Position numbers and translations under genes: made by a program. A stretch of DNA of 64,000 bases from a phage, in sequence record PZ445437.1; one strand, written 5' to 3'. The notes below the pieces were generated by a model. That model saw only the letters and a program-made list of their open reading frames with translations. It did no database searches and had not been told where the DNA came from. This document shows, piece after piece, positions 38,170 to 48,935 of this stretch (position 1 is its first letter; each line of letters begins with the position of its first letter).

Positions 38170-39144
38170 TCACTTCCACTGCATTTCGCATGCTAATTGA
38201 ATGAAAAGATAAGCTAGATGCAATTCAGTATTAGCTGCAATACCATGATACTGATTATTTTCGCCGACAATTTCGTACATACGAATAATACTCTGTGGAG
38301 TTACACGTGAATAGATTTCTTCGGCAAGTTTACCTACGAACCACGAATAATCGGCTGCATATTTTGGTGCTAAAGCTCTGAGTTGTTTAACATCTTTATT
38401 TTTGAGAGACTCAAGAACATCATCAATAGCACCACGATCATTAGTAACCAGTGATAAAATACCAGCATCCAAAACACCTTTAGATGAATAACTATCGAGC
38501 TCGCCAATAGTTTTACGAAAATCAGGAAAATTCTTTTTAACCAAAGCTGCTACAACTTTCATATCAGCTATAGCAATACCTTCATGTTTACAGATTTCGG
38601 TCAACCGACGAATCATCTGCTTCATCATTTCAATTTTATCTTCATCGGTCGGTTGACCGAATGTGATAACTCGGCAGCGTGACTGAAGCGGTTTAATAAT
38701 ACCATCAATATTGTTAGCAGTAATAATAATACTACAGTTTGAGCTGTAAGCTTCCATAAAGGAACGAAGATGTCGCTGAGATTCTGCTAAACCTGAACGG
38801 TCAAATTCATCAATAACGATTACTTTTTGACGACCATCAAATGAAGCGGCGCTGGCAAAATTAGTCAAAGGACCACGAACGAAATCAATTTTACAATCTG
38901 ACCCATTCACAAACATCATATCAGCATTTACATCATGACACAATGCTTTTGCTACAGTTGTTTTACCTGTTCCTGGAGAAGGAGAATGAAGAATAATATG
39001 TGGAATCTTACCTTTACTTGTAATAGATTTAAAGGTTTCTTTATCAAAGGCGGGAAGAATACATTCATCGATAGTAGATGGACGATATTTCTGTTCAAGA
39101 ATGTGTTCTTTTTCATTTACGGTAATCATAATTTCCTCATTCAA
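38170..39144 (-). CDS. 44: Clamp loader ATPase gp44 (AAA+)
   Basis: 324 aa; Walker [11 protein letters not shown], Walker B VIVIDEFD. Confidence 0.9.
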   Translation of the reverse strand: MNEEIMITVNEKEHILEQKYRPSTIDECILPAFDKETFKSITSKGKIPHIILHSPSPGTGKTTVAKALCHDVNADMMFVNGSDCKIDFVRGPLTNFASAASFDGRQKVIVIDEFDRSGLAESQRHLRSFMEAYSSNCSIIITANNIDGIIKPLQSRCRVITFGQPTDEDKIEMMKQMIRRLTEICKHEGIAIADMKVVAALVKKNFPDFRKTIGELDSYSSKGVLDAGILSLVTNDRGAIDDVLESLKNKDVKQLRALAPKYAADYSWFVGKLAEEIYSRVTPQSIIRMYEIVGENNQYHGIAANTELHLAYLFIQLACEMQWK

Positions 39145-39164
39145 GTTTTAGTGTAAATTATAAA

Positions 39165-39176
39165 GGGCCGAAGCCC
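39165..39176 (-). terminator. GC-rich tetraloop hairpin between 45 and 44
   Basis: gggccgaagccc palindrome. Confidence 0.4.
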
Positions 39177-39180
39177 TCTA

Positions 39181-39867
39181 TTAAAAATCGTGGGTAGAAT
39201 CAGCTTCAAGAGCTACTACATAATTCGCATGTTCACCTTCAAATTTAGCAGCGCCTTGTTTACCTTTTGCCCAGAGCAGAAGTTTATAATTTCCTGGTTG
39301 CATTTTCATATTTGCCATATTGATAATGAAATTAAATGTGTTTTCACCATCATAATCACCAAGAGTCAAAGAATATTTAACACGGGTCAGAGCAGAATCT
39401 TCTACTTTATTAAAACCGTTAATTACGATTTTACCTTCTTTTACTGTGATAGCAATTGTATCAATTTGCAGACCACGAGATACACGCAACAGTTGTTGAA
39501 GGTCTTCAGCTTTAATTTCAGTAACAACAGATGCTACCGGGAATGGAATTGGTTTATTAGGAGCAACTACTGTGCTCGGATCGGCTGCTGGCCAAAAAAT
39601 TGTTGAGCGGGCATCAGCAATTTTAATATTTCCATCTTCTGACTGGGAAATTTCTGCATCATCATTAACTAGAGACAGAATGCCGAGAAAACCGTTCAAA
39701 TCGTAAATTGCTACATCAAAATCAATAACGTCAGAAATATTTGCTTCCGCGTAAGTTGTACCATTAACTGCGCGAGTCATAATAAATTGACCGGATTTAA
39801 GCATAATGCCAGAGTTAATAGTAGCGAAATTTTTAAGCAGAGCAGTAGTATCTTTAGACAGTTTCAT
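39181..39867 (-). CDS. 45: Sliding clamp gp45
   Basis: 228 aa, the length of T4 gp45, upstream of 44/62. Confidence 0.85.
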   Translation of the reverse strand: MKLSKDTTALLKNFATINSGIMLKSGQFIMTRAVNGTTYAEANISDVIDFDVAIYDLNGFLGILSLVNDDAEISQSEDGNIKIADARSTIFWPAADPSTVVAPNKPIPFPVASVVTEIKAEDLQQLLRVSRGLQIDTIAITVKEGKIVINGFNKVEDSALTRVKYSLTLGDYDGENTFNFIINMANMKMQPGNYKLLLWAKGKQGAAKFEGEHANYVVALEADSTHDF

Positions 39868-39922
39868 GTAATTTCCTTCAATTCAAATGGGATTTAATTT
39901 TATAACTAATTAAATAAAGCAA

Positions 39923-40312
39923 TTAACGATTAAAATCAGCTGCGATTGTTTCGGCAACAATTTGAGCAGCAACAATCAGACGTTCATCTGCATTACCGCA
40001 ATAATCATCTTCAAGGCGTTCACCGCATGAAGTCATAATAAATTTAGCACCGGCGTTTAGGGATTCTGTAGTATGTTTGCGCATTAGTTCAATCCATTTA
40101 TTACTTACTTCACGATCGATAGCTTCATAATACGCATGACGAGCAGGTGCAGATTTAATTTTGTTCTGAATAACTTCCATCGCGTTATCAGAAAGAGACA
40201 AAACCCACGCTCGACGAATTTTATTTTGGTTTTGTGGATTTGATTCAGAACGCACATGTTTTGGCTGAATATCTTTTACATCAACAGTATAATTCACAGT
40301 AATTTTAGTCAT
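39923..40312 (-). CDS. rpbA: RpbA-like RNA polymerase-binding protein
   Basis: 129 aa, the length of T4 RpbA, in the same position. Synteny-based. Confidence 0.55.
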
Positions 40313-40321
40313 AATACACCT

Positions 40322-40510
40322 TTAGTCATAATAATCAGTAACAGTCCAAGCTTCATTTCTATTGGACATTATTTTTGTATATTCTGCTTTAAATGCATTC
40401 TTAAGCATAGATTCAGTAACTATATGCTCTTCATTAGAAAAATTATTTCTCAGAATATATCGTTTTATTTCAGGAATAGTTAATAGATGCTGTCCAGTTG
40501 AATATTCCAT
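40322..40510 (-). CDS. Hypothetical protein (62 aa)
   Basis: ORF between 46 and rpbA. Confidence 0.45.
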   Translation of the reverse strand: MEYSTGQHLLTIPEIKRYILRNNFSNEEHIVTESMLKNAFKAEYTKIMSNRNEAWTVTDYYD

Positions 40511-40565
40511 GTTTTTCCTCCATAGAGATTATACTCTAATAAATTAAAGCATAATCTCTTATAAA

Positions 40566-42248
40566 TTAAACCATTACAGTAAATCGACCAACTTTCTTCA
40601 TTTGAAGATGCTGACCGTATGCTTGCGGGTCATGGTCTCTATGCGAAATAACAAAAACGTTAGTATTTTTTAAACTATCTAAAATAGTTGAAATAGCTTT
40701 TACACCTTCAACGTCGGTCGCTGAATCAAAAACTTCGTCAAGAATTAACGTGTTTATTTTAACACCTGAAACTTTTTCAGCAATATCACGCCAAGTAAAT
40801 AAAAGAGCAATATCAATTCGTGCTTTTTCACCTTGACTGAATGAAGCATAACTAAAATCTTCGCGACCACGGGATTTAATTGTCTCATTAAATTCTTCAT
40901 CTAATGTAAACACATAATCCGCTTCCATTATTTTAAGATAATGGTTAATCTGCTTATTAAATAATGGAATGTACTTTTTAATAATAGCACCTTTAATACC
41001 AGAATCTTTGAGCATATCAGTCAAAATTCCTCGGTGGTATTTTTCCATTACTAAATTAGTTTTTGTCTTAACAATTTTATCAAGTTCTTCTTGAAGCAGT
41101 GCTATTTCATCAGCATGGTCAATAAACTCAGAAGATGCTTTTTCTATAGCCGCTTTAACTTTTTTAGCTTTATCTACCGTTGTGATTAGAGATTGTTTTT
41201 TATTGCGAATATCATTTGCCAACGACTGCTGGGTTTTAATATTATCTCGGTATTCATCAACAAGAACTTTTAAATTATCACGATGCGTTGAAAGCTGTTC
41301 AAACGAATGCGTGCATTCAGAAACTTTATCTTTAATTTTAGAAACAACTTTATCACCGGAACTCAATTGTGACAAACAGGTTGGACATAATCCACCTTCG
41401 TGATACATATTAATGACTTTATTATACGAGTCAATTTTTGATTTAATTAAAACTGCTTCTTGACCGATTTTATTAAATGCATCAGTCGGGTCTTCATCCA
41501 AAACAATATTAACTAATCTTTCGTTAGCTTCTTCTATTTCCGATTTTAGCGTTCTAGCTTCTTTTGCCAAATCATCATACATATTTTGCAGACGAGTAAG
41601 GTTGTCACCTGTTAATTTTTTCTGGCGTTCAACGTTATCATTATATATTTTAATTTGTTGGATAATACTATCTTTTTTAACATCAAGCACTTGGTTCTGC
41701 GAATTTAATTCACGTATTAGTGCTTTATTAAGCTTATCCATTTCAGCTAATGTTCCTACCTCAAGCAGGTCTTCCACAAGCTTTCTTCGCGCAGGGGTCG
41801 ACAAACCCATGAAAGGGGTATACCCTGCTGTACCAAGGACAACAATCTGCTTGAAACTGGCATATGACATTCCGATAAGCTGTTCAAATTCTGCTTGGAA
41901 ATCTTTACTGCTGGCAGATTCATTAAGACGTGTACCGTTAACGGTGATTTCAAAAACGTTCGGTTTTTGTCCTCTTTTGATATAGTACTTTTTCTCATCA
42001 TATTCCATCCACAGTTCAACTAAAAGTTCTTTCTTATTTGTGCTGTTTATTAATTGACCTTTCTTTACATCACGGAATGGCTTGCCAAAAAGCCCAAATG
42101 TGATGGCTTCTAACATAGTAGACTTACCACCGCCATTTCGTCCAGTAATAAGAGTTTTTTGAACCTTATCTAATTGAATGTCAATAGGATTTCCACCTAC
42201 TGACATTATATTTTGATACCTAACTCGGTTTAGTTTAAAATTCTTCAC
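40566..42248 (-). CDS. 46: Recombination nuclease subunit gp46 (Rad50/SbcC-like ABC ATPase)
   Basis: 560 aa, the length of T4 gp46; Walker A GRNGGGKST, coiled-coil middle, C-terminal LILDEVFD. Confidence 0.9.
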   Translation of the reverse strand: MKNFKLNRVRYQNIMSVGGNPIDIQLDKVQKTLITGRNGGGKSTMLEAITFGLFGKPFRDVKKGQLINSTNKKELLVELWMEYDEKKYYIKRGQKPNVFEITVNGTRLNESASSKDFQAEFEQLIGMSYASFKQIVVLGTAGYTPFMGLSTPARRKLVEDLLEVGTLAEMDKLNKALIRELNSQNQVLDVKKDSIIQQIKIYNDNVERQKKLTGDNLTRLQNMYDDLAKEARTLKSEIEEANERLVNIVLDEDPTDAFNKIGQEAVLIKSKIDSYNKVINMYHEGGLCPTCLSQLSSGDKVVSKIKDKVSECTHSFEQLSTHRDNLKVLVDEYRDNIKTQQSLANDIRNKKQSLITTVDKAKKVKAAIEKASSEFIDHADEIALLQEELDKIVKTKTNLVMEKYHRGILTDMLKDSGIKGAIIKKYIPLFNKQINHYLKIMEADYVFTLDEEFNETIKSRGREDFSYASFSQGEKARIDIALLFTWRDIAEKVSGVKINTLILDEVFDSATDVEGVKAISTILDSLKNTNVFVISHRDHDPQAYGQHLQMKKVGRFTVMV

Positions 42249-42463
42249 AAAAGATTCCTTTTAATGTATCTTTTAGACCATTCTATCATATCATCATAAT
42301 CTAAAAAGTATTCATCAAATTCAGCCATGCAAACAACACCTTGTGCTGCTTTTGATGTGATATAAATTATTCCAACATATCTAGAATCTTCTTCGGTGTA
42401 ATCAATATTTGCTATGAATTCATCATTAATGTCAAATGTCGAAAACTTCACAGTATGCATCCT
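42245..42463 (-). CDS. Hypothetical protein (about 72 aa)
   Basis: Start placed at the internal ATG with SD TAAGG; the track ORF is longer. Confidence 0.4.
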   Translation of the reverse strand, partial: RMHTVKFSTFDINDEFIANIDYTEEDSRYVGIIYITSKAAQGVVCMAEFDEYFLDYDDMIEWSKRYIKRNLL

Positions 42464-42695
42464 TAATACAAGATACAGCCATATCTTGTAATGATTTAGG
42501 TGTGTCATTATCTAAAATGTTGAAGTTAAAAGATACAGCCCAGTCAGTGCAGACTGTAACCTTTTTAATACAATTATCTTCAACCTCTAGCGGTTCAAAC
42601 CAATATTCAATAATTTCTTTATGCCCAATATCATCTTTTACTTCGCATTCAAAATGCTGACTCATCATAACATTTTTAAATTCATCAAAAGTCAT
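42432..42695 (-). CDS. Hypothetical protein (87 aa)
   Basis: ORF coupled to the gene 47 stop. Confidence 0.45.
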   Translation of the reverse strand: MTFDEFKNVMMSQHFECEVKDDIGHKEIIEYWFEPLEVEDNCIKKVTVCTDWAVSFNFNILDNDTPKSLQDMAVSCIKDAYCEVFDI

Positions 42696-43711
42696 TGTGT
42701 TGCCTCTACATATAGCTGGTTTGCATATTGAATAAGTGCTTCACGGTCAGAATCAGTGATGTCTGGAATTGCATTAATGTATTCTTCCATCAACGTCTGA
42801 AGAGATTGAACTTCAACTTCTTCACTGTCATCTGACTCGACAGAGTTATCAATTTTTGACACAACTCGTAATGAATGCACAACTTTTTCTAGTTCAGATT
42901 CGAACTTCGTTAGATTTTTGTCTACTTCAGTTACTATAACACGTACTGATAGATTTGTAAAATCTTTATAGTCAATTTTTCCTTTAAATGGATAATGAAT
43001 TCTACGATGCCAGGTAGTGTTGTTTGGAATAAATTCCATTCGTTCTGTTTCTGTATCAAACATCCAGAACCCACGAGGGTCATTCTCGTCACCTGCAGTT
43101 AGTGTCCATGGTGTCCCAATATATCTGACGTTAGCAGCCTCAGAGATAGTATGGAAGTGACCAGACCACACTTCTTTATAAGTCTTAAGGAAATCAGGTT
43201 CAAGACCATGAGATTTCATTCCTTTATAAAAATAAAATCCGTTCAGTTCCCAGTGACCAACGCAAAAAGAAGCAGATGAAGTTTTGATGTGTTCAAGAAT
43301 TTCACCAGTATTTTCTTCACACATCCAAGGAATTAAATCAATTAAACATCCGTCAAAATCTACTGTAGTAGGCTTATCATATACTTTAACATTAGGATAT
43401 TTAGCCAAAAGCTCAGTAGAGGCATTTGGATGCATTACATTTTTATAGTGGAGATCGTGATTTCCTACAATAGTGTGTAATGTAATTCCAGCATCATCAA
43501 GCGTTTGAACTATTTCACGGGCAAACTCCATAGTTTTATGTGTGATCGCTTTTCTCACATCAAAAATATCACCATATTGAATCCAGGTAGTAATTCCATT
43601 TTTCTTAGAATATTCTATTGCTTGTTTAATTCCATCAATTTGAATACCGCGAATCCACTCATCATCAGCTTTAACGCCTAAATGCCAATCACCCAAGTTT
43701 AGTATTTTCAT
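42692..43711 (-). CDS. 47: Recombination nuclease subunit gp47 (Mre11/SbcD-like)
   Basis: 339 aa, the length of T4 gp47; phosphoesterase motifs GDWHLG, GDIFD, GNHD. Confidence 0.9.
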   Translation of the reverse strand: MKILNLGDWHLGVKADDEWIRGIQIDGIKQAIEYSKKNGITTWIQYGDIFDVRKAITHKTMEFAREIVQTLDDAGITLHTIVGNHDLHYKNVMHPNASTELLAKYPNVKVYDKPTTVDFDGCLIDLIPWMCEENTGEILEHIKTSSASFCVGHWELNGFYFYKGMKSHGLEPDFLKTYKEVWSGHFHTISEAANVRYIGTPWTLTAGDENDPRGFWMFDTETERMEFIPNNTTWHRRIHYPFKGKIDYKDFTNLSVRVIVTEVDKNLTKFESELEKVVHSLRVVSKIDNSVESDDSEEVEVQSLQTLMEEYINAIPDITDSDREALIQYANQLYVEATQ

Positions 43712-44312
43712 GGTGTCTTTTCCATCCTAATTTAGCTGCTTTTGAAACTAGTTCTTTAATTTTTCCTTTTGTCCATTCAGGACCAGGAGGTTCATGACAT
43801 AACATTTGCTTAACTCCGTTATTATACCATTTTTTACCTTTATTATGTGATGAAGCTTTAAATTTATTTGACCTTCCTTTTACATAACCTTCTGGAATAT
43901 AAGGCAAAAAGGCAGATTTTCCTGTTAATGGATCATGTGAATGTATATTTCCTTTACAATTATGAGAACCATATAATGGATGATTTTGTCCTTTATTATC
44001 TCTTCCAAATGAACCTTTTGGAGCAGCATATGACATATTAAAGAATAATGGATTTTTAACTGCATCATGCAATCGTTGATAATATAACTCGCATTTAATA
44101 GCTTCTTCACGCGTATCAAATTCAGCTAAAATGCATGAATCAAATAAGTGAGGATTATCTGAAAGCTCTTTATTATAAATTTTCTTATACTTTTTAGATA
44201 AAACTGAACCATGATATCCAGCTAAATGCCTATCTAAAGACGTAGATCCAATATAAAAAGGAGGAAGTTTATCTCCACTATATATTGTTAAATAAGTTAT
44301 ATATTTTTTCAT
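43689..44312 (-). mobile_element. GIY-YIG-type homing endonuclease-like gene (Seg-like, 207 aa)
   Basis: N-terminal YLTIYSGDKLPPFYIGSTS...R...E pattern (GIY-YIG-like) followed by Gly/His/Lys-rich NUMOD-like repeats (HPLYGSHNCKG, SHNKGKKWYNNG); 3' end overlaps gene 47. Confidence 0.5.
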
Positions 44313-44475
44313 ATATCAAGAACCGTCATTGAAATGCAAAATAAAATTATTGAAATAAATCCATCTGGAGTGCTAAAGAACCCAATCCAACATGCTCTAG
44401 TGAATAGATAAAATGCAAGAAAAAGTATCACATATCCAAGAAATATCATTATATCAAACTCCGTATAAAGCTAAA

Positions 44476-44487
44476 GGGCCGAAGCCC
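44476..44487 (-). terminator. GC-rich tetraloop hairpin after a-gt
   Basis: gggccgaagccc with flanking A/T runs. Confidence 0.45.
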
Positions 44488-44488
44488 T

Positions 44489-45691
44489 TTATTTTGTAAT
44501 AATGTCAAACTGTTCTTTAAAGCAGAAGCTTGAATCTTGATGCTGATACAAAAATTCATATGCTTTTTCTCGCTCACGGTCATAAAGAGCTCGGTCAGAT
44601 GACAGTTCTTTAATACGTTCAAATGTTGATTCCATATCATTTTCATCAAACCAAATGATACCGCTATCATGCGAGGTCAAAGGAGTATTATCAACACGGA
44701 ATTTTAAATTTTCGCCAGTAGATTTCCAAAATACCGGAATTGTTCCACATGCACCAAGCTCGAGATGAGTATATTCTAAAGAACGTTGTAGATATTTTTT
44801 ATCCAACTTACTCAACTGATAACCAAAACCGGATTTACTCATACGCTCAAGCATTTCGCTATTTACATAACGATCGAGAATTTGCGTTGGCAAATTAGGA
44901 GCAATTTTAATTTGGTCTACTTGATGAAGACGATAATACTCGTATTGAATTCCTTTTTCTTTAATAGGAATGAACGCTGGAGAACGTTCCAGACCTTCCA
45001 TAATAGTACTTAGTCCTGCAGGTTTAAGATGTTTTTCATGAAAATCAAACATCTGATAAAAACCTTTCCATGTAGTCGTACGACCAATCCAACGGTTGAT
45101 ATTCATGTTAATTTCAGAAACATCTTTCCAGTAGGTTGACCGAACCTTCGCAATATCCATAGGAGGCTGAAAGTTATATACTGTCGGTGCTTCTTCAATA
45201 TCATCAAACAGAGAAACAGTTTCTGGATACCATTCTTTCATCAGAACTTTATTAAAATCACCATTATCAGAATGGCTAAAAATAACATCAGCTCGACGAA
45301 CAGTTTCTTCTAATCCCAAATTTCGACGCAAAGAAAGAGAAGAATGGTCATGCTGATAAACTACAACACGAACCGAAGGTTTAATGTTATCAATAATTTT
45401 TTTATAGTTATTAATAGTGTCTTCTTCAACCGAAGTAGCAGGAACTGAATTGATAATTAGAATATCACAATCATTTACCAGCTTAAGTGTTTTATCATAT
45501 TCTTTTGCCAATAAAACCGGAATTGAAAATGATTTATAATCATGCGCGCAATTACGAGTAAATGATTTATCTTTAGCATAAACCAAAGTCACTTCATGAC
45601 CATTTTTAATAAACCAATCACGTTGCTCGAGTGAGAATTTTGTTACACCACAACCTTCAAGACCTCGAGCCATAAAAATACATACTTTCAT
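44489..45691 (-). CDS. a-gt: Alpha-glucosyltransferase-like protein
   Basis: 400 aa, the length of T4 alpha-gt, in the expected position between 47 and 55. Synteny and length. Confidence 0.65.
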   Translation of the reverse strand: MKVCIFMARGLEGCGVTKFSLEQRDWFIKNGHEVTLVYAKDKSFTRNCAHDYKSFSIPVLLAKEYDKTLKLVNDCDILIINSVPATSVEEDTINNYKKIIDNIKPSVRVVVYQHDHSSLSLRRNLGLEETVRRADVIFSHSDNGDFNKVLMKEWYPETVSLFDDIEEAPTVYNFQPPMDIAKVRSTYWKDVSEINMNINRWIGRTTTWKGFYQMFDFHEKHLKPAGLSTIMEGLERSPAFIPIKEKGIQYEYYRLHQVDQIKIAPNLPTQILDRYVNSEMLERMSKSGFGYQLSKLDKKYLQRSLEYTHLELGACGTIPVFWKSTGENLKFRVDNTPLTSHDSGIIWFDENDMESTFERIKELSSDRALYDREREKAYEFLYQHQDSSFCFKEQFDIITK

Positions 45692-45934
45692 TTAATATCC
45701 TCTTTGTTTTGGTTTATTTTACCAAAAATTTATAAAGCAATATAGGAGCCGAAGCTCCTATCCGCATAATACGCCATACAGAGGCTCGTTAGAACTTTTA
45801 AATTTTATGCGCTTATATTTTATAGTTCCTTCTGCTTTAGCTTTATCATGAGACTCTTTAAAGCGTCTCATCATTTCCTCTTTAGAGGAACGAATTTTAT
45901 TATAATCTATTTCAGAAGTCTGGGTGTTCATCTT

Positions 45935-46141
45935 TCATAGTTGCCACCATTTTTTGACTTGATAGGAATCAACCCACACTTTCATATTAGGGTCTGCTCT
46001 TACAATAGGAGGATTAACTTCTTTAATTGAACTATCATGGTATTCTTTTTCAGAAATTTTCACACAAAGATGACCATTCAAAGATTCAGTAAATCCTGCA
46101 TTAATTTTAAGACGCTTGAATTTTACGTGTGTAAGCATCAA
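45935..46141 (-). CDS. Hypothetical protein (68 aa)
   Basis: ORF. Confidence 0.4.
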   Translation of the reverse strand: MMLTHVKFKRLKINAGFTESLNGHLCVKISEKEYHDSSIKEVNPPIVRADPNMKVWVDSYQVKKWWQL

Positions 46142-46424
46142 TCATATCCTCAATTTGCGATCTAGTAGTCTTCCAAAGAATACTGATGAGTTCATCGTTA
46201 TATGGCTGTTTTAGAATATCCCGACTTTTCTTGATAGCATATTCGTATTGAGCAAAATTATTGTTTTCAGCTGCGATCTGAGCGTGCTTATAAAGACGAT
46301 TCAGTTCGCGTTTGTTTTTAGACAATAACTTATTTGCTTTTCTTTCTGCTTCAAGACGGTTCTTTTCTTCAATAGAAGAAATAAGCTTTTCCACTTCATC
46401 ATTAATTTCGGGTTTATCAGTCAT
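46107..46424 (-). CDS. Hypothetical protein (105 aa)
   Basis: ORF; helical, charged. Confidence 0.45.
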   Translation of the reverse strand: MTDKPEINDEVEKLISSIEEKNRLEAERKANKLLSKNKRELNRLYKHAQIAAENNNFAQYEYAIKKSRDILKQPYNDELISILWKTTRSQIEDMIDAYTRKIQAS

Positions 46425-46425
46425 A

Positions 46426-46644
46426 TTATTTCTCTAATATAAAATAAAAATCATCATCTGTTAAATGATACCGATAGTTTAATTCTACACCATTAGATTT
46501 AAAAGCGGTATCATACGGATTTTCTGGATCAATATCAATGTCAAGAGCTAAAACTTCCCTGAGATACATTTTAAGTAAATAGGGAATAGCTTCAACTTCA
46601 GGTATTTCTTCCAAGAATCCGGAGAGGTTAATCGTTAGCCTCAT
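46426..46644 (-). CDS. Hypothetical protein (72 aa)
   Basis: ORF coupled to gene 55. Confidence 0.45.
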
Positions 46645-47191
46645 ATAAAAAATCCAAACTAGGAGAATCGTCTACAACACTTTTCTTTTCAGCCCCCGGT
46701 GTTCTATAGGTTGATTCTTCGTAATGCGTCATTTTATCGTAGATGTCTTGAATAAAAGTTTCATCTACTAACGCAACCATATCGTCGTCACGACTGTCAT
46801 AGACATTGTGAACGAAGTAACTATATTTCTTTGCAACTTCCTTACGTTCTTTTTTAATACGCTGGACGAATGCATTAAAACAAGCTTGAGTTATATACGC
46901 ATGTGGGTTTTTATATTTCGTTTCATCAAAATTATGAAGCCCCTTAATAGAAGCTTCTATACCATCTGCAATCATTTCTTGTTTCCAAGACTGGGTGTAT
47001 CCTGAAAAGTTGAAACGTTTAGATAAGCCTTCTGCAATAAGCATAATGGCTAATCCAATAGTATCATTTTGACGAACTACTTTATTTGGGTCTTTATTAT
47101 TTGCTAATTCTGTTTTCCAATCAATAATAGCTTGTAAAAGCTCTTTATTGTTTACGTAATTATATTTAGGCTTAGTTTCTGACATTTTCAC
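46628..47191 (-). CDS. 55: Late-transcription sigma factor gp55
   Basis: 187 aa (T4 gp55 185 aa) in the expected position. Confidence 0.8.
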
Positions 47192-47263
47192 CTCTTAGCT
47201 CAATTCATAGATCTATTATATCATAATATTTGAAGATCTATCTTAAAGCATAGAGGATATCAG

Positions 47264-47533
47264 TTATCTAAGTAAACAGTATGCTTGGAATACTTTTTCC
47301 ATCATCTTTTTAAATTCATGAATATCTATATAATGACTAGTTAAATCAGCATGATATAAAAAGTCTAAAAACTTTTCATGTGTACTAACATATTCACTTT
47401 CATTTAATTCAGAAACATGGCTTTCCCAATATCCAACACCAGTTTTATTTGGGAAAAATGAAATTTTCATGTATTGGTCAACATAGAAAATGCCATAATT
47501 TTCAATAGTAATAGAAATATTAATAAATTTCAT
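47264..47533 (-). CDS. Hypothetical protein (89 aa)
   Basis: ORF. Confidence 0.4.
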   Translation of the reverse strand: MKFINISITIENYGIFYVDQYMKISFFPNKTGVGYWESHVSELNESEYVSTHEKFLDFLYHADLTSHYIDIHEFKKMMEKVFQAYCLLR

Positions 47534-47745
47534 ACATTCATCAACTTAGCCGCTTCAAGAGCTGCATCTAGTGAATCAAATTGGTCAACATATTCAATCA
47601 ATTCGCCATAATTGGCATATAACCACCATTGGCTAAATTCATACTCAAGGATGAATCCATTTCCTTCAATTTGAGTTAAACCATTGCCGTTTGTATTTAC
47701 TTCATATCCGGCAAGACGCAAATCGTTAATAAGAGCTTCGTTCAT
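47530..47745 (-). CDS. Hypothetical protein (71 aa)
   Basis: ORF with ATGA overlap. Confidence 0.45.
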   Translation of the reverse strand: MNEALINDLRLAGYEVNTNGNGLTQIEGNGFILEYEFSQWWLYANYGELIEYVDQFDSLDAALEAAKLMNV

Positions 47746-47747
47746 AA

Positions 47748-48074
47748 TTATACCTTAGTAATTTTCAGGTCTGCAAATTTTTTCTTGCGTTGATTTTTCA
47801 TGCGACGAATAGTTTTATCGGAAATTTCATGCTTTTGATAAGCTTTAGATTCTACACCAAAAGCTTTAACATCAAATTCTGACAAGATATATTGAACCAA
47901 CAATTCACGGACAGTATTGCGTCCAATCTTCTGATCATTCTGTTTCATCGTCTGATGAAGCTCTTTTTCCCATTTATCCAAAATTTGAGGAGTTACAATA
48001 TCGCCTTTTTCTAGCAAAGAAACTACTTTATCATATGCGTAAGAATTAATGACGTTTTTAATTTGAATAGTCAT
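47748..48074 (-). CDS. Hypothetical protein (108 aa)
   Basis: ORF. Confidence 0.45.
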   Translation of the reverse strand: MTIQIKNVINSYAYDKVVSLLEKGDIVTPQILDKWEKELHQTMKQNDQKIGRNTVRELLVQYILSEFDVKAFGVESKAYQKHEISDKTIRRMKNQRKKKFADLKITKV

Positions 48075-48114
48075 ACATTATCCTCAATTACGTTAAAATT
48101 TTATTATCCAAAAA

Positions 48115-48126
48115 GGGCCGAAGCCC
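48115..48126 (-). terminator. GC-rich tetraloop hairpin
   Basis: gggccgaagccc palindrome. Confidence 0.4.
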
Positions 48127-48327
48127 TTAGCTAAACTTTTTGGCACCCTTCCAGCCTTCATACATCATTGCGGCTGATATTAATATTGCTCCTGAGCAAC
48201 TTGAATATTTGTGATTCCAAAACCAGTTTAGAAAAACTTCATCATCAATACCTTGGGCTATCATATTTTCAAAGAACTGACGACGAGATTCGGCAATTCG
48301 TTGTGATAATTTAGATTCAGGATTCAT
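48127..48327 (-). CDS. Hypothetical protein (66 aa)
   Basis: ORF. Confidence 0.4.
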   Translation of the reverse strand: MNPESKLSQRIAESRRQFFENMIAQGIDDEVFLNWFWNHKYSSCSGAILISAAMMYEGWKGAKKFS

Positions 48328-48459
48328 TTAAATTTTCCAGTTACCGTTTTCATCAATAAATTTAATCCAGTCATTTACTGACCACTTAGTTGTATCACCT
48401 TTTGGAGTAACATTTAAAGTGTATAACCCCTGCTTAAAAAGCATTCGTTTGATATTCAT
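48328..48459 (-). CDS. Hypothetical protein (about 43 aa)
   Basis: Start at the internal ATG with SD GAGGA just after the upstream stop. Confidence 0.35.
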   Translation of the reverse strand: MNIKRMLFKQGLYTLNVTPKGDTTKWSVNDWIKFIDENGNWKI

Positions 48460-48466
48460 AATTTCC

Positions 48467-48760
48467 TCAGCTGTAACGATAACACTCGTTTGATTTACGT
48501 TTAGCAACTCGTTGAGAAGTATTATAATCAAAATCATCGTCAATGTAAACTGATTTTTTCAACTTTCTTACTTCACCACGTAATTGGCGATTTAGCTCAT
48601 CTTTAACTTCTGAATCAATACCTTTCATTCTACGCCATTTATCTGAGCGAAAAATGTTTTCAACCATATCTTTATGACTTACCCCATCAGGAGCTTTACG
48701 CTTTCCGAAATAGTCATAATCACGCACTTTTAAGTCTTTACGACGATACGTTTTACCCAT
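48467..48760 (-). CDS. Hypothetical basic protein (about 97 aa)
   Basis: Start at the internal ATG; Lys/Arg-rich. Confidence 0.4.
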   Translation of the reverse strand: MGKTYRRKDLKVRDYDYFGKRKAPDGVSHKDMVENIFRSDKWRRMKGIDSEVKDELNRQLRGEVRKLKKSVYIDDDFDYNTSQRVAKRKSNECYRYS

Positions 48761-48935
48761 GGAGTTTAATTTCCTTAGCAACTGAACTAAATGCAGCACG
48801 ATCGCAAATCATGCGTTTATGTAACTTGAGTATAATATAGCAAACTTCAAAACTATTTACATGAGTAACACGAACAGCATTACCATTAATGAGATAATAC
48901 TGTCCCTTTTTAATTTCTTTATCAACCATAACCAT
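48753..48935 (-). CDS. Hypothetical protein (60 aa)
   Basis: SD GAGGA; downstream of a promoter cassette. Confidence 0.45.
   Translation of the reverse strand: MVMVDKEIKKGQYYLINGNAVRVTHVNSFEVCYIILKLHKRMICDRAAFSSVAKEIKLHG

Noticed and set aside
3439-41985. Many plus-strand track ORFs lying inside minus-strand genes (for example 3439..3636, 4726..4962, 8731..9093, 12385..12888, 15695..16060, 26460..26765, 39190..39606, 41602..41985)
   Set aside because: They are antisense to strongly supported conserved genes, lack an SD and have low-complexity or hydrophobic translations typical of shadow ORFs in AT-rich DNA.
43925-44670. Track ORFs 43925..44119 and 44449..44670
   Set aside because: Both lie in alternative frames inside the seg-like gene and the a-gt 3' end, with no RBS and low-complexity translations.
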